NCBI GenBank assembly: GCA_963664325.2
Contig: CAXXDQ010000009.1
Span: 12,871 to 76,870, forward strand
Length of the DNA: 64,000 bases
Direction: 5' to 3'
Source of the DNA: Desulfomonilia bacterium
GTDB lineage: Bacteria; Desulfobacterota; Desulfomonilia; UBA1062
Positions 19,170 to 28,596 of this stretch are shown in pieces. The position numbers and the translations under genes are program-made. How positions within the stretch are numbered: the stretch's first letter is position 1; each line of letters opens with the position of its first letter. The notes beneath the pieces are model-generated. The model did not search any database, was not told the DNA's origin, and saw nothing but the letters and a program-made list of their open reading frames with translations.

Positions 19170-20510
19170 TTAAAGCACAAAATCAAGGACCAGTTCCAGC
19201 CCTAAATTAACGCTGAAATGAAGGCTCTCAATGGAAATGCGTTCATCATGCCCGTGTGCAAGCGATATATCATCCACCGGAAGGACGGGCGTAAAACCGT
19301 ATACCACCATGCCCTTCGGGCGGAAAAATACGCCGTCCGTTACTCCTGGTATCAGAAACGGCACGACCGTGGTATCAGGTTTATGCTTGTGCATGTTCTT
19401 TCTGATCAAAAGTGCCAGTTCATGGTCAATGGGCGATTCGGTCCCTTCTTTTTTATCAAGTGTCTCAATTTCAAATCCATGGCCGATTTCTTTAACGGCT
19501 CCAGCATGAAACTCATCGGCATCATATGACGGTAGCACCCTGAAATCGAATTCCGCCACGGCCTCGGATGGTATGACATTCGTCTTCTGTCCCGCATGGA
19601 ATACAGTGGGACATACGGTATTGTGAAGCATGGCCTTGAATCCGGCCGCTGTTCCTGCATCTTTGATTGCAAACCTTATGAGGGTATCGGACAGGACGGG
19701 ATTCATCAGCTGTTTTATTAAAGTGCCGACTACCGCATTCTGAGATGAGGCCATCGCCTCAATCATCGCCTTTACGCTCGGGGTTGTCTTCAATGGATAT
19801 TTTTTTTGAGTCAGCCTGTCGGCAAGGCAAACCAGCCGTTTGACCGGATTATCCTCCCTCGGCATGGAAGCATGGCCCGGGATGCCTCGTGCTGTAACTT
19901 TCAGCCAGATATTTCCCTTCTCGGCACTCTGATATGTATAGAAAGTCCTGCCCATGAAATTAATTCCGAACCCGCCGCCCTCGTTCAAGGCAGCCTCCGC
20001 ATCTATGAGGTCATAGTGATTCTTCACCAGCCATTCACAGCCTTTGCTGCCGCCTGTTTCCTCGTCCGCCGCTGAAAGAAAGATCACATCGCGCCTGGTG
20101 GAGACCGACCCTCTGGCAAGTGCAATCATTATAGTCATCCACAGGGCGACTGAATTTTTACAGTCAATGGCACCCCGGCCCCAGACAAAACCGTCAATTT
20201 CATCGGCACTGAAAGCGTCTCTTGCCCATTTGTCCGCTTCCACTCCCACCACATCAAGATGTGACATCAGCATAAGCGGCCGCTTCGTTCCATCACCTTT
20301 GTGCCTTGCTATGATGCTTGCACGCCCGGGCTCCGATTCCAGTATTTTGTAATCGATGCCTTCCTTTTCAAACACCTCCGCAACATAGCGGGCTGCAGCA
20401 ATCTCATTTCCCGGAGGATTCGTTGTATTGATACGGATAAGATTTTTCAGATGCCTGACGATTTCATCTTTAAGATTAAAATTATTGATCAGTCCAACTG
20501 CTTCCGACAT
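19170..20510 (-). CDS. M20/M25/M40 family metallopeptidase
   Basis: SHLDVV, GRGAIDCK, ADEETGG, GHAS, AHGHDERI. Confidence 0.92.
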   Translation of the reverse strand: MSEAVGLINNFNLKDEIVRHLKNLIRINTTNPPGNEIAAARYVAEVFEKEGIDYKILESEPGRASIIARHKGDGTKRPLMLMSHLDVVGVEADKWARDAFSADEIDGFVWGRGAIDCKNSVALWMTIMIALARGSVSTRRDVIFLSAADEETGGSKGCEWLVKNHYDLIDAEAALNEGGGFGINFMGRTFYTYQSAEKGNIWLKVTARGIPGHASMPREDNPVKRLVCLADRLTQKKYPLKTTPSVKAMIEAMASSQNAVVGTLIKQLMNPVLSDTLIRFAIKDAGTAAGFKAMLHNTVCPTVFHAGQKTNVIPSEAVAEFDFRVLPSYDADEFHAGAVKEIGHGFEIETLDKKEGTESPIDHELALLIRKNMHKHKPDTTVVPFLIPGVTDGVFFRPKGMVVYGFTPVLPVDDISLAHGHDERISIESLHFSVNLGLELVLDFVL

Positions 20511-20671
20511 AAATACGCCTCTTCAGAATTGATTTAAATTCAAGTACACTATATTCATAATTTAGGCAAACTCACTCAAGATATATAGGCCCTTCGCCGA
20601 GGAGAATTTTAGATCGTGCAGTCGCATGAGAAGTATTTTAATTACCAATTTAGAAACTGTGAAGGTGAAAA

Positions 20672-22174
20672 ATGACCAAAACAGATGTAATAATAATCGG
20701 AGGCGGTGCAACCGGATGCGGCATTGCTAGAGACCTGGCGCTTAGAGGAATCCCGCATTACCTGATTGAAAAAGACGATTTCGCTGCAGGAGCCACAGGG
20801 GCATGCCACGGGCTTCTGCACAGCGGAGGCCGGTACGCTGTAAACGACCCTGAAGCTGCTAAGGAATGTATCGAAGAAAACATGATCCTGCGCAGAATAG
20901 GTGAAAAATGCGTGGAGGTCACTGGAGGTCTGTTTGTAAGACTTCCCGGAGATTCGAAACGCTTCAGGGACAGGTTTCTGAAAAGCTGCGAAGAGGTGGG
21001 TATCCCGACTGAGGTGCTGTCTGCCTCAAGGGCGCTTGACCTGGTTCCCAATCTTAACCCGGTACTGGAAGAAGCAGTAAAAGTGCCTGACTGTTCAATT
21101 GACCCGTTCAGACTGTGCATGCTCAATGCCACAACATCAAGACTGAAAGGAGGCACAATACTAACGCACCACAAGGTAGTTGATGTCATAAAAGAGCGCG
21201 GCCAGTGTGTTGGCGTCAAGGCCGTCGACCAGTTCACCGACCAGGTAAGGGAAATAAGGGCAAGGGTTATTGTAAATGCAGCCGGCGCTTGGGGCGACAA
21301 GGTCGCTCAGCTTGGAGGCAGCGATGCCCCCATGACACTGTCCAAGGGCAGTCTCGTAATAACAAACCACAGGCTTACTAACATGGTTGTAAACAGACTG
21401 AGGTTGCCGTCCGACGGAGACATTATCGTACCCAACGAGGCCGTATGTCTTGCCGGCACCACTTCAATCACGGTGACTGATCCCGATGCCATCGAGGTCG
21501 ATGCAAAAGAGGTCGACAAGGTCATAAACGAGGCGCAGGCAATGATCCCCGTATTCAGGACAACCCGCCTGATAAGGGCTTATACCGGAGTCAGGCCGCT
21601 GCTTAAGGGTGACGGTATTGATGGAAGGTCGATTTCAAGAGGGTTTAAGATCATCGACCATAAGAACGGGATGTTCAGCATACTGGGCGGAAAACTGACG
21701 ACATACCGCCTGATGGCGGAAAAGCTTACCGATGCGCTCATGGAACACTTCGGATTGAGTGCAGCCTGCGAAACCGCTGAGAGGCCCCTCGACGGACAGG
21801 AAGAACTCAGCGGCTATCCGCTATCGAAAAGGCTGCACAGCCTCAACAGCATTGTCTGTGAATGCGAGCTTGTAAACAGGGAGGATGTGGAAAGGATTGT
21901 CAACAGGGTCGGGACGAAATACATCCGCGACATTCAACACAGGACGCGCCTTGGCATGGGTCCGTGCCAGGGCGGATTCTGTACCTACAGGGCGCTCGGC
22001 ATCATGCATGACATGGGCAGGGTAAGCGCCGACGAATCTATGAGAGTGCTCAGGGAATTCCTGCAGCGGAGGTTCAGAGGCATAAGACCGGCGCTGTGGG
22101 GTGACCAGCTCAGGGAGGAACAGCTTGTTGAAAGCATTTACCTTGGAATCCTCGGAATGGGGAGAGACCAATGA
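20672..22174 (+). CDS. glpA: Anaerobic glycerol-3-phosphate dehydrogenase subunit A
   Basis: GGGATGCGIARDLALRG, HGLLHSGGRY, GGKLTTYRLMAE, C-terminal BFD-like CECE...RTRLGMGPCQG. Confidence 0.95.
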   Translation: MTKTDVIIIGGGATGCGIARDLALRGIPHYLIEKDDFAAGATGACHGLLHSGGRYAVNDPEAAKECIEENMILRRIGEKCVEVTGGLFVRLPGDSKRFRDRFLKSCEEVGIPTEVLSASRALDLVPNLNPVLEEAVKVPDCSIDPFRLCMLNATTSRLKGGTILTHHKVVDVIKERGQCVGVKAVDQFTDQVREIRARVIVNAAGAWGDKVAQLGGSDAPMTLSKGSLVITNHRLTNMVVNRLRLPSDGDIIVPNEAVCLAGTTSITVTDPDAIEVDAKEVDKVINEAQAMIPVFRTTRLIRAYTGVRPLLKGDGIDGRSISRGFKIIDHKNGMFSILGGKLTTYRLMAEKLTDALMEHFGLSAACETAERPLDGQEELSGYPLSKRLHSLNSIVCECELVNREDVERIVNRVGTKYIRDIQHRTRLGMGPCQGGFCTYRALGIMHDMGRVSADESMRVLREFLQRRFRGIRPALWGDQLREEQLVESIYLGILGMGRDQ

Positions 22175-23370
22175 GCGATATCTATTTTGATGTTGTAATA
22201 ACAGGCGGGGGTATTTCCGGATTGATGGCGGGCATTGAACTTGCCGGGTCCGGAGCGAGTGTTGCGGTTATTTCCAGGGGAGACCCGGCGATATGCCTTT
22301 CGACAGGCTGCATTGACCTGCTTGCACTTGGCAATGATCCGCTGTCCGGTATAAAGAACCTTCCTCCCGAACATCCATACAACCTGGTACCTCGTGCGCT
22401 AATTGAGGAATCCTTTGAAAAATTCGGCGATATCATGTTCGATGCAGGCCTTCCCTATATAGGGGACGTGCATAAAAACAGGAAAATTCTGACAGCGATC
22501 GGCAATTCAAAAATCACGTGCCTGGTCCCGAGAACCATGGAAACAGTCCCGCAGAAAGAAAACTCCTATATTCATGTAATCGGCTTCAAGGGTCTCAAGG
22601 ATTTCTATCCGAGCTATATCACCTCAAGAAGGCCGAATACCGGCTTTTCCATTTATGATGCAGGCGTTGAAAGTACAATGTCCATATCAGCCAGGTTCGA
22701 TGATATTGCTTTTGTAGAGGAATTCATAAAATGGCTCGAATCAATTGAAATACCTGACGGGAGAATCGCCTTACCTGCCGTTCTGGGACTTGCAGAACCG
22801 TTAAAGGTCATTGAACTTATAACGGCCTCCACGGAAAGGCTCGTGTTTGAAATACCGACCATTCCCCCTTCAATTCCGGGGATACGACTTTTCAAAACCC
22901 TTAAAAAGGCCTTCCAGTCGAGGGGGGGAGAAATTTTCTGGGGTTTGCCTGTCGCAAGCGTGGAAAAGCAGGGGAAATTAATCGAGGCGGTTACCATTGA
23001 AACACCGGCAAGACCGACAAGGCTTAATGCAAAGGCGTTCATCCTGGCATCGGGTTCATTCGTTAGCGGCGGCCTTTATGCAGACATGAAGGACAATGTC
23101 CAGGAAACTGTTTTCGATCTGCCCGTTTTCGTTCCGGGCACAAGAGACGCGTGGTTCAGCAATGATTTTTTCATGCCCGGCCATGCCATAGAAAAAGCGG
23201 GTATAATGGCCGACGGTTCATTCAGGCCGGTCGATGTCCCGTATGAAAATCTTTTCGTTTGCGGGAGCATACTGGCGCACTCGGAGATCATGAAGAACGG
23301 GTGCGGGCACGGTCTTGGACTGACCACAGGTCTGGCCGCAGCAAAATCCTGCGCGAGGTACCTCTCATGA
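22171..23370 (+). CDS. glpB: Anaerobic glycerol-3-phosphate dehydrogenase subunit B
   Basis: GGGISG, HPY, EIPTIPPSIPGIRL, LASGSFVSGGL, GCGHG. Confidence 0.93.
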   Translation: MSDIYFDVVITGGGISGLMAGIELAGSGASVAVISRGDPAICLSTGCIDLLALGNDPLSGIKNLPPEHPYNLVPRALIEESFEKFGDIMFDAGLPYIGDVHKNRKILTAIGNSKITCLVPRTMETVPQKENSYIHVIGFKGLKDFYPSYITSRRPNTGFSIYDAGVESTMSISARFDDIAFVEEFIKWLESIEIPDGRIALPAVLGLAEPLKVIELITASTERLVFEIPTIPPSIPGIRLFKTLKKAFQSRGGEIFWGLPVASVEKQGKLIEAVTIETPARPTRLNAKAFILASGSFVSGGLYADMKDNVQETVFDLPVFVPGTRDAWFSNDFFMPGHAIEKAGIMADGSFRPVDVPYENLFVCGSILAHSEIMKNGCGHGLGLTTGLAAAKSCARYLS

Positions 23371-24557
23371 ACTTTGAACATTGTATAAGATGCACCATAT
23401 GCGTTGAGAATTGCCCGGTTTTCAGGGTCAATCCGGAATTTCCTGGACCGAAGCAGTCGGGTCCCGATTCACAGAGGTTCAGGATGACGGGTGAAAAATC
23501 CGTGGACAGCTGGGTAAGCCTGTGCAGCCAGTGCAAAAAGTGCGAAGTAGCCTGTCCCTACGGGGTCAACCCGGCCGAGATAATTCTAAATGCACAGATA
23601 AAATACACCGGTGAACATATGCGTTCCCCTGTTGCAATAATGTTTGCAAACAATTTTTACCTTGGGACGCTGGGGTCACTGGCCGCACCGATCGCAAACA
23701 GGATCGCGGCAACAGGGATTGCAAAGAAATTTTTCAATCTTGCCGGAATCTCCACTTATATGCCTTTTCCGTCATTTGACCTTATGTCCATGAACAAGGG
23801 CAGAAGGAAGACCGGAAAAGGTCCCAAGAAAGTGGTCTTCTTCTACGGGTGCTTCCTTAATTTCAACCGTCCGGATATAGGAAGGAAGATCAGGGACCTG
23901 CTTGTTTCATTGAACCTGGAAGTAGTGATGCCGTCACAGGTCTGCTGCGGTCTCCCCGCCCTCGGAAACGGCCAGATAGAACTCGCCCGGAAATTCGCCG
24001 CGAAGAACGCCGCGGTATTCGGCGAATATATAAACAAGGGATACGACCTTATCTACTCATGCACTTCCTGCGGCCTTACGCTGACGCATGATTATCCGGG
24101 CATACTCGGTATCGCATCGGGAAAGAAGATTGCTGAAAACAGCTATAATGTAAACGAATATATCCTGAGGCTGATGGACGAGAATTACATCACCCCTGAG
24201 TTTAAAGAGGTGAACAAAAAAGTCGCCTATCATATACCCTGCCACCTGAGGGCCTCCGGCATCGGCTATCCGGCAGCAAGGATTTTTGCAAAAATTCCGG
24301 GACTTGATTTTACAGTCCTTGATGATTTTTGCTGCGGTCTTTCAGGAAGCTACGGGTTTAAAAAGAAAAACCAGGAAACCGCCCTAAAGGTCGGCGCACA
24401 GGCAGCTGCTGCCATAAAGAAAACAGATCCAGGAGCAGTGGTAGCAGACTGCGGCGCATGCAGGATGCAGCTGTCTTACCTCTCAGGACTGCCGGCCATG
24501 GACCCGAGTGAAATAATCACCGAATCGCTTGTAATAAGATGTCAGGGAGGATTATAA
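23367..24557 (+). CDS. glpC: Anaerobic glycerol-3-phosphate dehydrogenase subunit C
   Basis: CIRCTICVENCP and CSQCKKCEVACP 4Fe-4S motifs, two CCG domains. ATGA overlap with glpB places the start at 23367. Confidence 0.93.
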   Translation: MNFEHCIRCTICVENCPVFRVNPEFPGPKQSGPDSQRFRMTGEKSVDSWVSLCSQCKKCEVACPYGVNPAEIILNAQIKYTGEHMRSPVAIMFANNFYLGTLGSLAAPIANRIAATGIAKKFFNLAGISTYMPFPSFDLMSMNKGRRKTGKGPKKVVFFYGCFLNFNRPDIGRKIRDLLVSLNLEVVMPSQVCCGLPALGNGQIELARKFAAKNAAVFGEYINKGYDLIYSCTSCGLTLTHDYPGILGIASGKKIAENSYNVNEYILRLMDENYITPEFKEVNKKVAYHIPCHLRASGIGYPAARIFAKIPGLDFTVLDDFCCGLSGSYGFKKKNQETALKVGAQAAAAIKKTDPGAVVADCGACRMQLSYLSGLPAMDPSEIITESLVIRCQGGL

Positions 24558-24601
24558 TATTCATATTAACAGTAACAATGAAGACCTATGGGGAGGACAG
24601 T

Positions 24602-24928
24602 ATGAAGAAACTGGCTGTTTTATTTTTCATGATCATTTCATTAACCATTATGCCTCTTAAATCTGATGCGGCAAGCTCCCTGCAGGTAGTCGCCGAAGAT
24701 TCACTCTGGGGATGCCTGATAGGCGGTCTTGTCGGTACGGCAACGCTAATGTTTCACATGGATGATGCCGGAGATCACCTGGAAAACATCGTTTATGGCG
24801 CAGGCATCGGATTGTTTGCAGGAGTCGGTTTCGGCGTATATGAGCTGCGCCCCCTTTTCCAGGCCTACAAAGACCCTGCGTACAAGGATACCGTATACAG
24901 TTTCAAACTCTATGTGCCGCTTAAATAG
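24602..24928 (+). CDS. Small exported/membrane protein with glycine-zipper helices
   Basis: Signal peptide MKKLAVLFF..SDA, GCLIGGLVG, YGAGIGLFAGVGFG; GGAGG RBS. Confidence 0.7.
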   Translation: MKKLAVLFFMIISLTIMPLKSDAASSLQVVAEDSLWGCLIGGLVGTATLMFHMDDAGDHLENIVYGAGIGLFAGVGFGVYELRPLFQAYKDPAYKDTVYSFKLYVPLK

Positions 24929-25201
24929 AATGTGCCTTGCTGTTTTCAAGCAAGGGAAGCAGCCGGATTTAATTGAACACAGGGAAATGAACGCGAATTG
25001 TTTAACAGAGAAAGCGTGACTCCTTGGAAAAAGGGTTGCGGCCCTGGAACAGACGAAGAGAGTTAAGAGCAAAATAAAAAATTCGCCGGGAAAAAAATAA
25101 ACTGAAATTTGAATAAATGCCAACTCCAGCTTCCAACTGATACCGTTTCGTTTGGCGGCTGAAGATTAATATCAGGCTGTTGCCATAGGGAGGAACGCAT
25201 A

Positions 25202-25990
25202 GTGAATCTGGAGATCATTGTCCAAGAACCAGAAGCCGCAAAACGATCCACCCCGCTTTTGTTCATACACGGCATGTGGCATGGGGCATGGTGCTGGGCG
25301 GAGCATTTTATGCCTTACTTCGCGCAGCATGGTTATGCCACCTATGCACTGAGCCTTCGGGGCCATGGCGCCAGCGAGGGAAAGAAAAATCTCAGGTCTG
25401 TTAAGCTTTCCGATTACGTGGCCGACGTCGAGCAGGTCGTAACCGGTATGGATAGAGCGCCGGTGCTGATTGGCCACTCCATGGGCGGAATGGTCATTCA
25501 GAAGTATCTCGAGTCACACCAGTTGCCTGCCGCGGTACTGATGGCCTCCGCCCCGCCCAAGGGCCTGCTCGCCTCAACCCTGCGCATTGCCAGGAGGCAC
25601 CCTCTGATCTTTCTGAAAGTCAACCTGACCCAAAGCCTTTATCCTGCAGTGGGCACACCCGAAATGTGCAAAGAAGTGCTGTTTTCGCCGGACATGCCCG
25701 GAGCTCAGGTAGAGGCCTATTTTAAACGGCTGCAGGACGAGTCTTACAGGGCTTATATGGACATGATGCTTTTAAACCTGCCCAGGCTGAAACTAATTGA
25801 TTCCCCTGTGCTGGTGCTAGGAGCAGCGAATGATAAGGCAATATCGCCATATGAAGTCGAGGCGACTGCAAAAGCGTATGGCACGCAGGCCGAGATCTTT
25901 CCTGACATGGCCCATAACATGATGCTGGAATCCGGCTGGCAGGCCGTGGCAGACAGCATTCTGACATGGTTTGAAGAAAAAGGTTTGTAA
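25202..25990 (+). CDS. Alpha/beta fold hydrolase
   Basis: FIHGMWHGAWCW, GHSMGG, GAAND, AHNMML. Confidence 0.9.
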   Translation: MNLEIIVQEPEAAKRSTPLLFIHGMWHGAWCWAEHFMPYFAQHGYATYALSLRGHGASEGKKNLRSVKLSDYVADVEQVVTGMDRAPVLIGHSMGGMVIQKYLESHQLPAAVLMASAPPKGLLASTLRIARRHPLIFLKVNLTQSLYPAVGTPEMCKEVLFSPDMPGAQVEAYFKRLQDESYRAYMDMMLLNLPRLKLIDSPVLVLGAANDKAISPYEVEATAKAYGTQAEIFPDMAHNMMLESGWQAVADSILTWFEEKGL

Positions 25991-26029
25991 GAAGTATAAG
26001 GTGGGGCTTGAATTCGAAATGGAATAGAT

Positions 26030-27397
26030 TTACTGGGCGCCGCGCGCTTTCAGTGCAACCTTTATGGTCTGGAACAATATTGCAATGTCCAGCCAAAGCG
26101 AGCGGTATTTCAGGTAATAAAGGTCGTATTTCATCTTTTCCTTGGCATCTTCAACGGAATCGCCGTAGGGGTAATTGATTTGCGCCCAGCCGGTTATACC
26201 CGGCTTTGCATAAAGCCTCATCTCATAAAAAGGTATGACCTGCTGGAGCTGATCAATAAAATAGCGCCTTTCCGGCCTGGGACCTACAAAACTCATATCC
26301 CCTGCCAGGACATTGAAAAACTGGGGCAGTTCGTCGAATCTCGTCTTTCTTATGATCCTGCCTACCTTTGTTACCCTGGGGTCCTTTTCCTGAGCCCATT
26401 GGGGACCTTCAGGCTCAGCGTCGATGCACATGGAACGGAATTTTAACACATTGAATTCCCTGCCGTTTAGCCCTGTCCTCTCCTGCCTGTAAAAAACGGG
26501 CCCCGGAGAATCAAGTTTTACAGCAATAGCGGTTATTATCATTATCGGTGAAGCAATTACGGAACCTATCAGGGCAAAGGAAAAGTCGAACAGTCTTTTG
26601 AATATATCCTCGGATTTCATGCTTACAAAACCCTTCGCAAATATCAGGGAAGCGGGTCTGATGTCCTCGATCATCAGCTTTCCCAGCAGTTCTTCGTAGA
26701 ATTTGGGGGCATCCTCTATCTCACATGATGTCAGCTTTATTCTTAACAGGTCATGCAGCGGCAGGTCAGCGCCTCTGTCATCAAAGGCAACAACCAGTTT
26801 GTCGGGATCGGTTCCCCTTATGATATTCCATAGCTCATCGACTTCACCCAGCCAGGGTATGTCTATATTTATGTTTTCCTTGCCTATATACCCTTCAAAC
26901 CTGATCGCCCTTCCCGCCGATCTTATCTCATCGACCAGGAACTTCGCATTCCGGCCGTCGCCAAGAAGGACAATCCTGGTATCTGTTATTCTGGAAGACC
27001 TGATCGCCAGGAAAACAACCCTGACTATTAAGCTGAAACCCATGGACAGGAACAGGGACATCAAGAATATGGAACGGCCAAGACCGATCTGGGGGATTAT
27101 GTAATATACAAGAGACAATATTATAAGGGACATTCCGCCGCCGATTAATACCGTTGAAACCAGTTCGGAGTGTCTTTTCCACCATTTCCAGTCATAAAAA
27201 TCCTGGAAATAGTAACAAAAAACCGTAATCACCATGAAAGTGACGGCCTTTAAAGTAATCAAGGGGTCAGGAAGATAAAAGAAAGGAAGTTTTATCTCAA
27301 TCCACTTGGAAAAAAAGACCGATCCGAAGGCAACCGCCATATCCAGCAACAACAATATATATGTATAGATTGCCCTTTTTTTCATTTGCGGCACCAT
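26030..27397 (-). CDS. Polyprenyl-phosphate priming glycosyltransferase (WcaJ-like; XrtA/PEP-CTERM-system type)
   Basis: 4 TM + Rossmann-like domain + KRLFDF..KLDSPGP..KFRSM..DPRVT..DELPQ..GPRPER..KPGITGWAQINYPYG..YDLYY. Confidence 0.9.
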   Translation of the reverse strand: MVPQMKKRAIYTYILLLLDMAVAFGSVFFSKWIEIKLPFFYLPDPLITLKAVTFMVITVFCYYFQDFYDWKWWKRHSELVSTVLIGGGMSLIILSLVYYIIPQIGLGRSIFLMSLFLSMGFSLIVRVVFLAIRSSRITDTRIVLLGDGRNAKFLVDEIRSAGRAIRFEGYIGKENINIDIPWLGEVDELWNIIRGTDPDKLVVAFDDRGADLPLHDLLRIKLTSCEIEDAPKFYEELLGKLMIEDIRPASLIFAKGFVSMKSEDIFKRLFDFSFALIGSVIASPIMIITAIAVKLDSPGPVFYRQERTGLNGREFNVLKFRSMCIDAEPEGPQWAQEKDPRVTKVGRIIRKTRFDELPQFFNVLAGDMSFVGPRPERRYFIDQLQQVIPFYEMRLYAKPGITGWAQINYPYGDSVEDAKEKMKYDLYYLKYRSLWLDIAILFQTIKVALKARGAQ

Positions 27398-27594
27398 TTA
27401 TTCATTTTTCTTTCCACTCCTGAACCTCACGAAACGCCTGGCTATTACATCAGGCCATGACTTTTCATATATATAATCGGAATCAGATTAAAATATCATA
27501 AGAAAAAATATGATAAATCCATGTCTAATTCATTGCGAACAGCTACTAAAAGGCATCAGGGTGAAGCAGTCATAAGTGTAAAAGGCTTATAAAT

Positions 27595-27746
27595 GCAAAC
27601 ACCCGGGGTGAAGCGAAAGAACGCTATTCCCTTCTTTTAACAGTATTTCTCCGGTTCATTTCCAGATTTTTTTATCCGGGGTTTCCGCGTTCTTCAGTCT
27701 GGTCTTTTCACTTCCGGGCGCTTTATTCAGCTTGCCCCCGGGTTGC
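27595..27746. other. Candidate structured non-coding element (long imperfect inverted repeat)
   Basis: CCCGGGGTGAAGCGAAAGAACGC (5' arm) pairs with GCGCTTTATTCAGCTTGCCCCCGGG (3' arm); nested CCGG/CCGG and CCAGA/TCTGG stems. Confidence 0.4.
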
Positions 27747-27762
27747 GACGGACAGCCGCTTA

Positions 27763-28455
27763 TCATTCATCATTTCCGCCTATCAATCCGGCACGGATCA
27801 GAAAGTACAGAAGCTGAAGTACCGCCGTAACGGCTGCCGCAACATATGTCATCGCCGCTGCATTAAGCACCTTCCTTGCCCCGGACACTTCCTGTTCGGC
27901 CAGTATGCCTGCCTCCGGCAGCGCCTGAAGCGCCCTTGATGATGCATTGAATTCAACAGGCAGAGTTACGACCTGGAAGAGTACAACTGCCGTAAAAAAT
28001 ACTATACCCAGCATCAGCAGCCCTTTTGCATGGAAGATAAACCCGATCATGAGCAGGAACCATGATAGATTTGAACCTATACTCGCCATCGGCACAATGG
28101 CGCTCCTCAGCTTCATCGGGGCATATCCCTGGGCATGCTGTATGGCATGGCCCGCCTCATGAGCCGCCACCCCCACGCTGGCAAGCGAATCACCGCTGTA
28201 GACGTTTTCCGACAGCCTTAAGACCTTTTTGGTCGGGTCATAGTGATCACTCAAAAAACCCCTTGTAAGCTCAATGGCCACATCATAAATCCCTGCAGCC
28301 CTCAGGATTTTCTGAGCGGCCTGAGCCCCTGTAACACCGCTGGCTGTAGAAATCTTTGAATATTTTGCATATGTCGCTTTGACGTTGAAAGCGGCATAAA
28401 GGCTTAGCAGGAAAGCCGGCATTACCATTATAAGATATAGCGGATCAAAAAACAT
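27763..28455 (-). CDS. Putative neutral zinc metallopeptidase (YugP/Zn_peptidase_2 family)
   Basis: LSDHYDP, VAAHEAGHAIQH, VTLPVEFNASSRA, VLNAAAMTYVAA; AGGAGG RBS before ATG 28455. Confidence 0.92.
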   Translation of the reverse strand: MFFDPLYLIMVMPAFLLSLYAAFNVKATYAKYSKISTASGVTGAQAAQKILRAAGIYDVAIELTRGFLSDHYDPTKKVLRLSENVYSGDSLASVGVAAHEAGHAIQHAQGYAPMKLRSAIVPMASIGSNLSWFLLMIGFIFHAKGLLMLGIVFFTAVVLFQVVTLPVEFNASSRALQALPEAGILAEQEVSGARKVLNAAAMTYVAAAVTAVLQLLYFLIRAGLIGGNDE

Positions 28456-28596
28456 CTTGACCTCCTGATTATTGTCACATTTCAAATAGTATCTGTGAGT
28501 CTTGAAATCAAGTGTCCATTTCTTTACTATTGCCAGCGCGTCTTTATGCCGATATTTCCTATCATACTTGCTTCAATAATTTTCTCAGGAGGGTTT

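Noticed and set aside
20560-20620. c-di-GMP-I riboswitch (GGCAAAC) before glpA; also GGTTGCCG near 50246
   Set aside because: The remaining conserved elements (GNRA stem, GACGCAAA, receptor helix) are missing.
27430-27460. ops/JUMPstart element before the glycosyltransferase
   Set aside because: AGGCGTTTCGTG only loosely resembles GGCGGTAGCGT; insufficient support.
27595-27746. 6S RNA or integron attC identity for the hairpin element
   Set aside because: Not in the usual zapA/ygfA context and no recognisable 6S motifs; lacks proper RYYYAAC/GTTRRRY ends. Kept only as an unassigned element.
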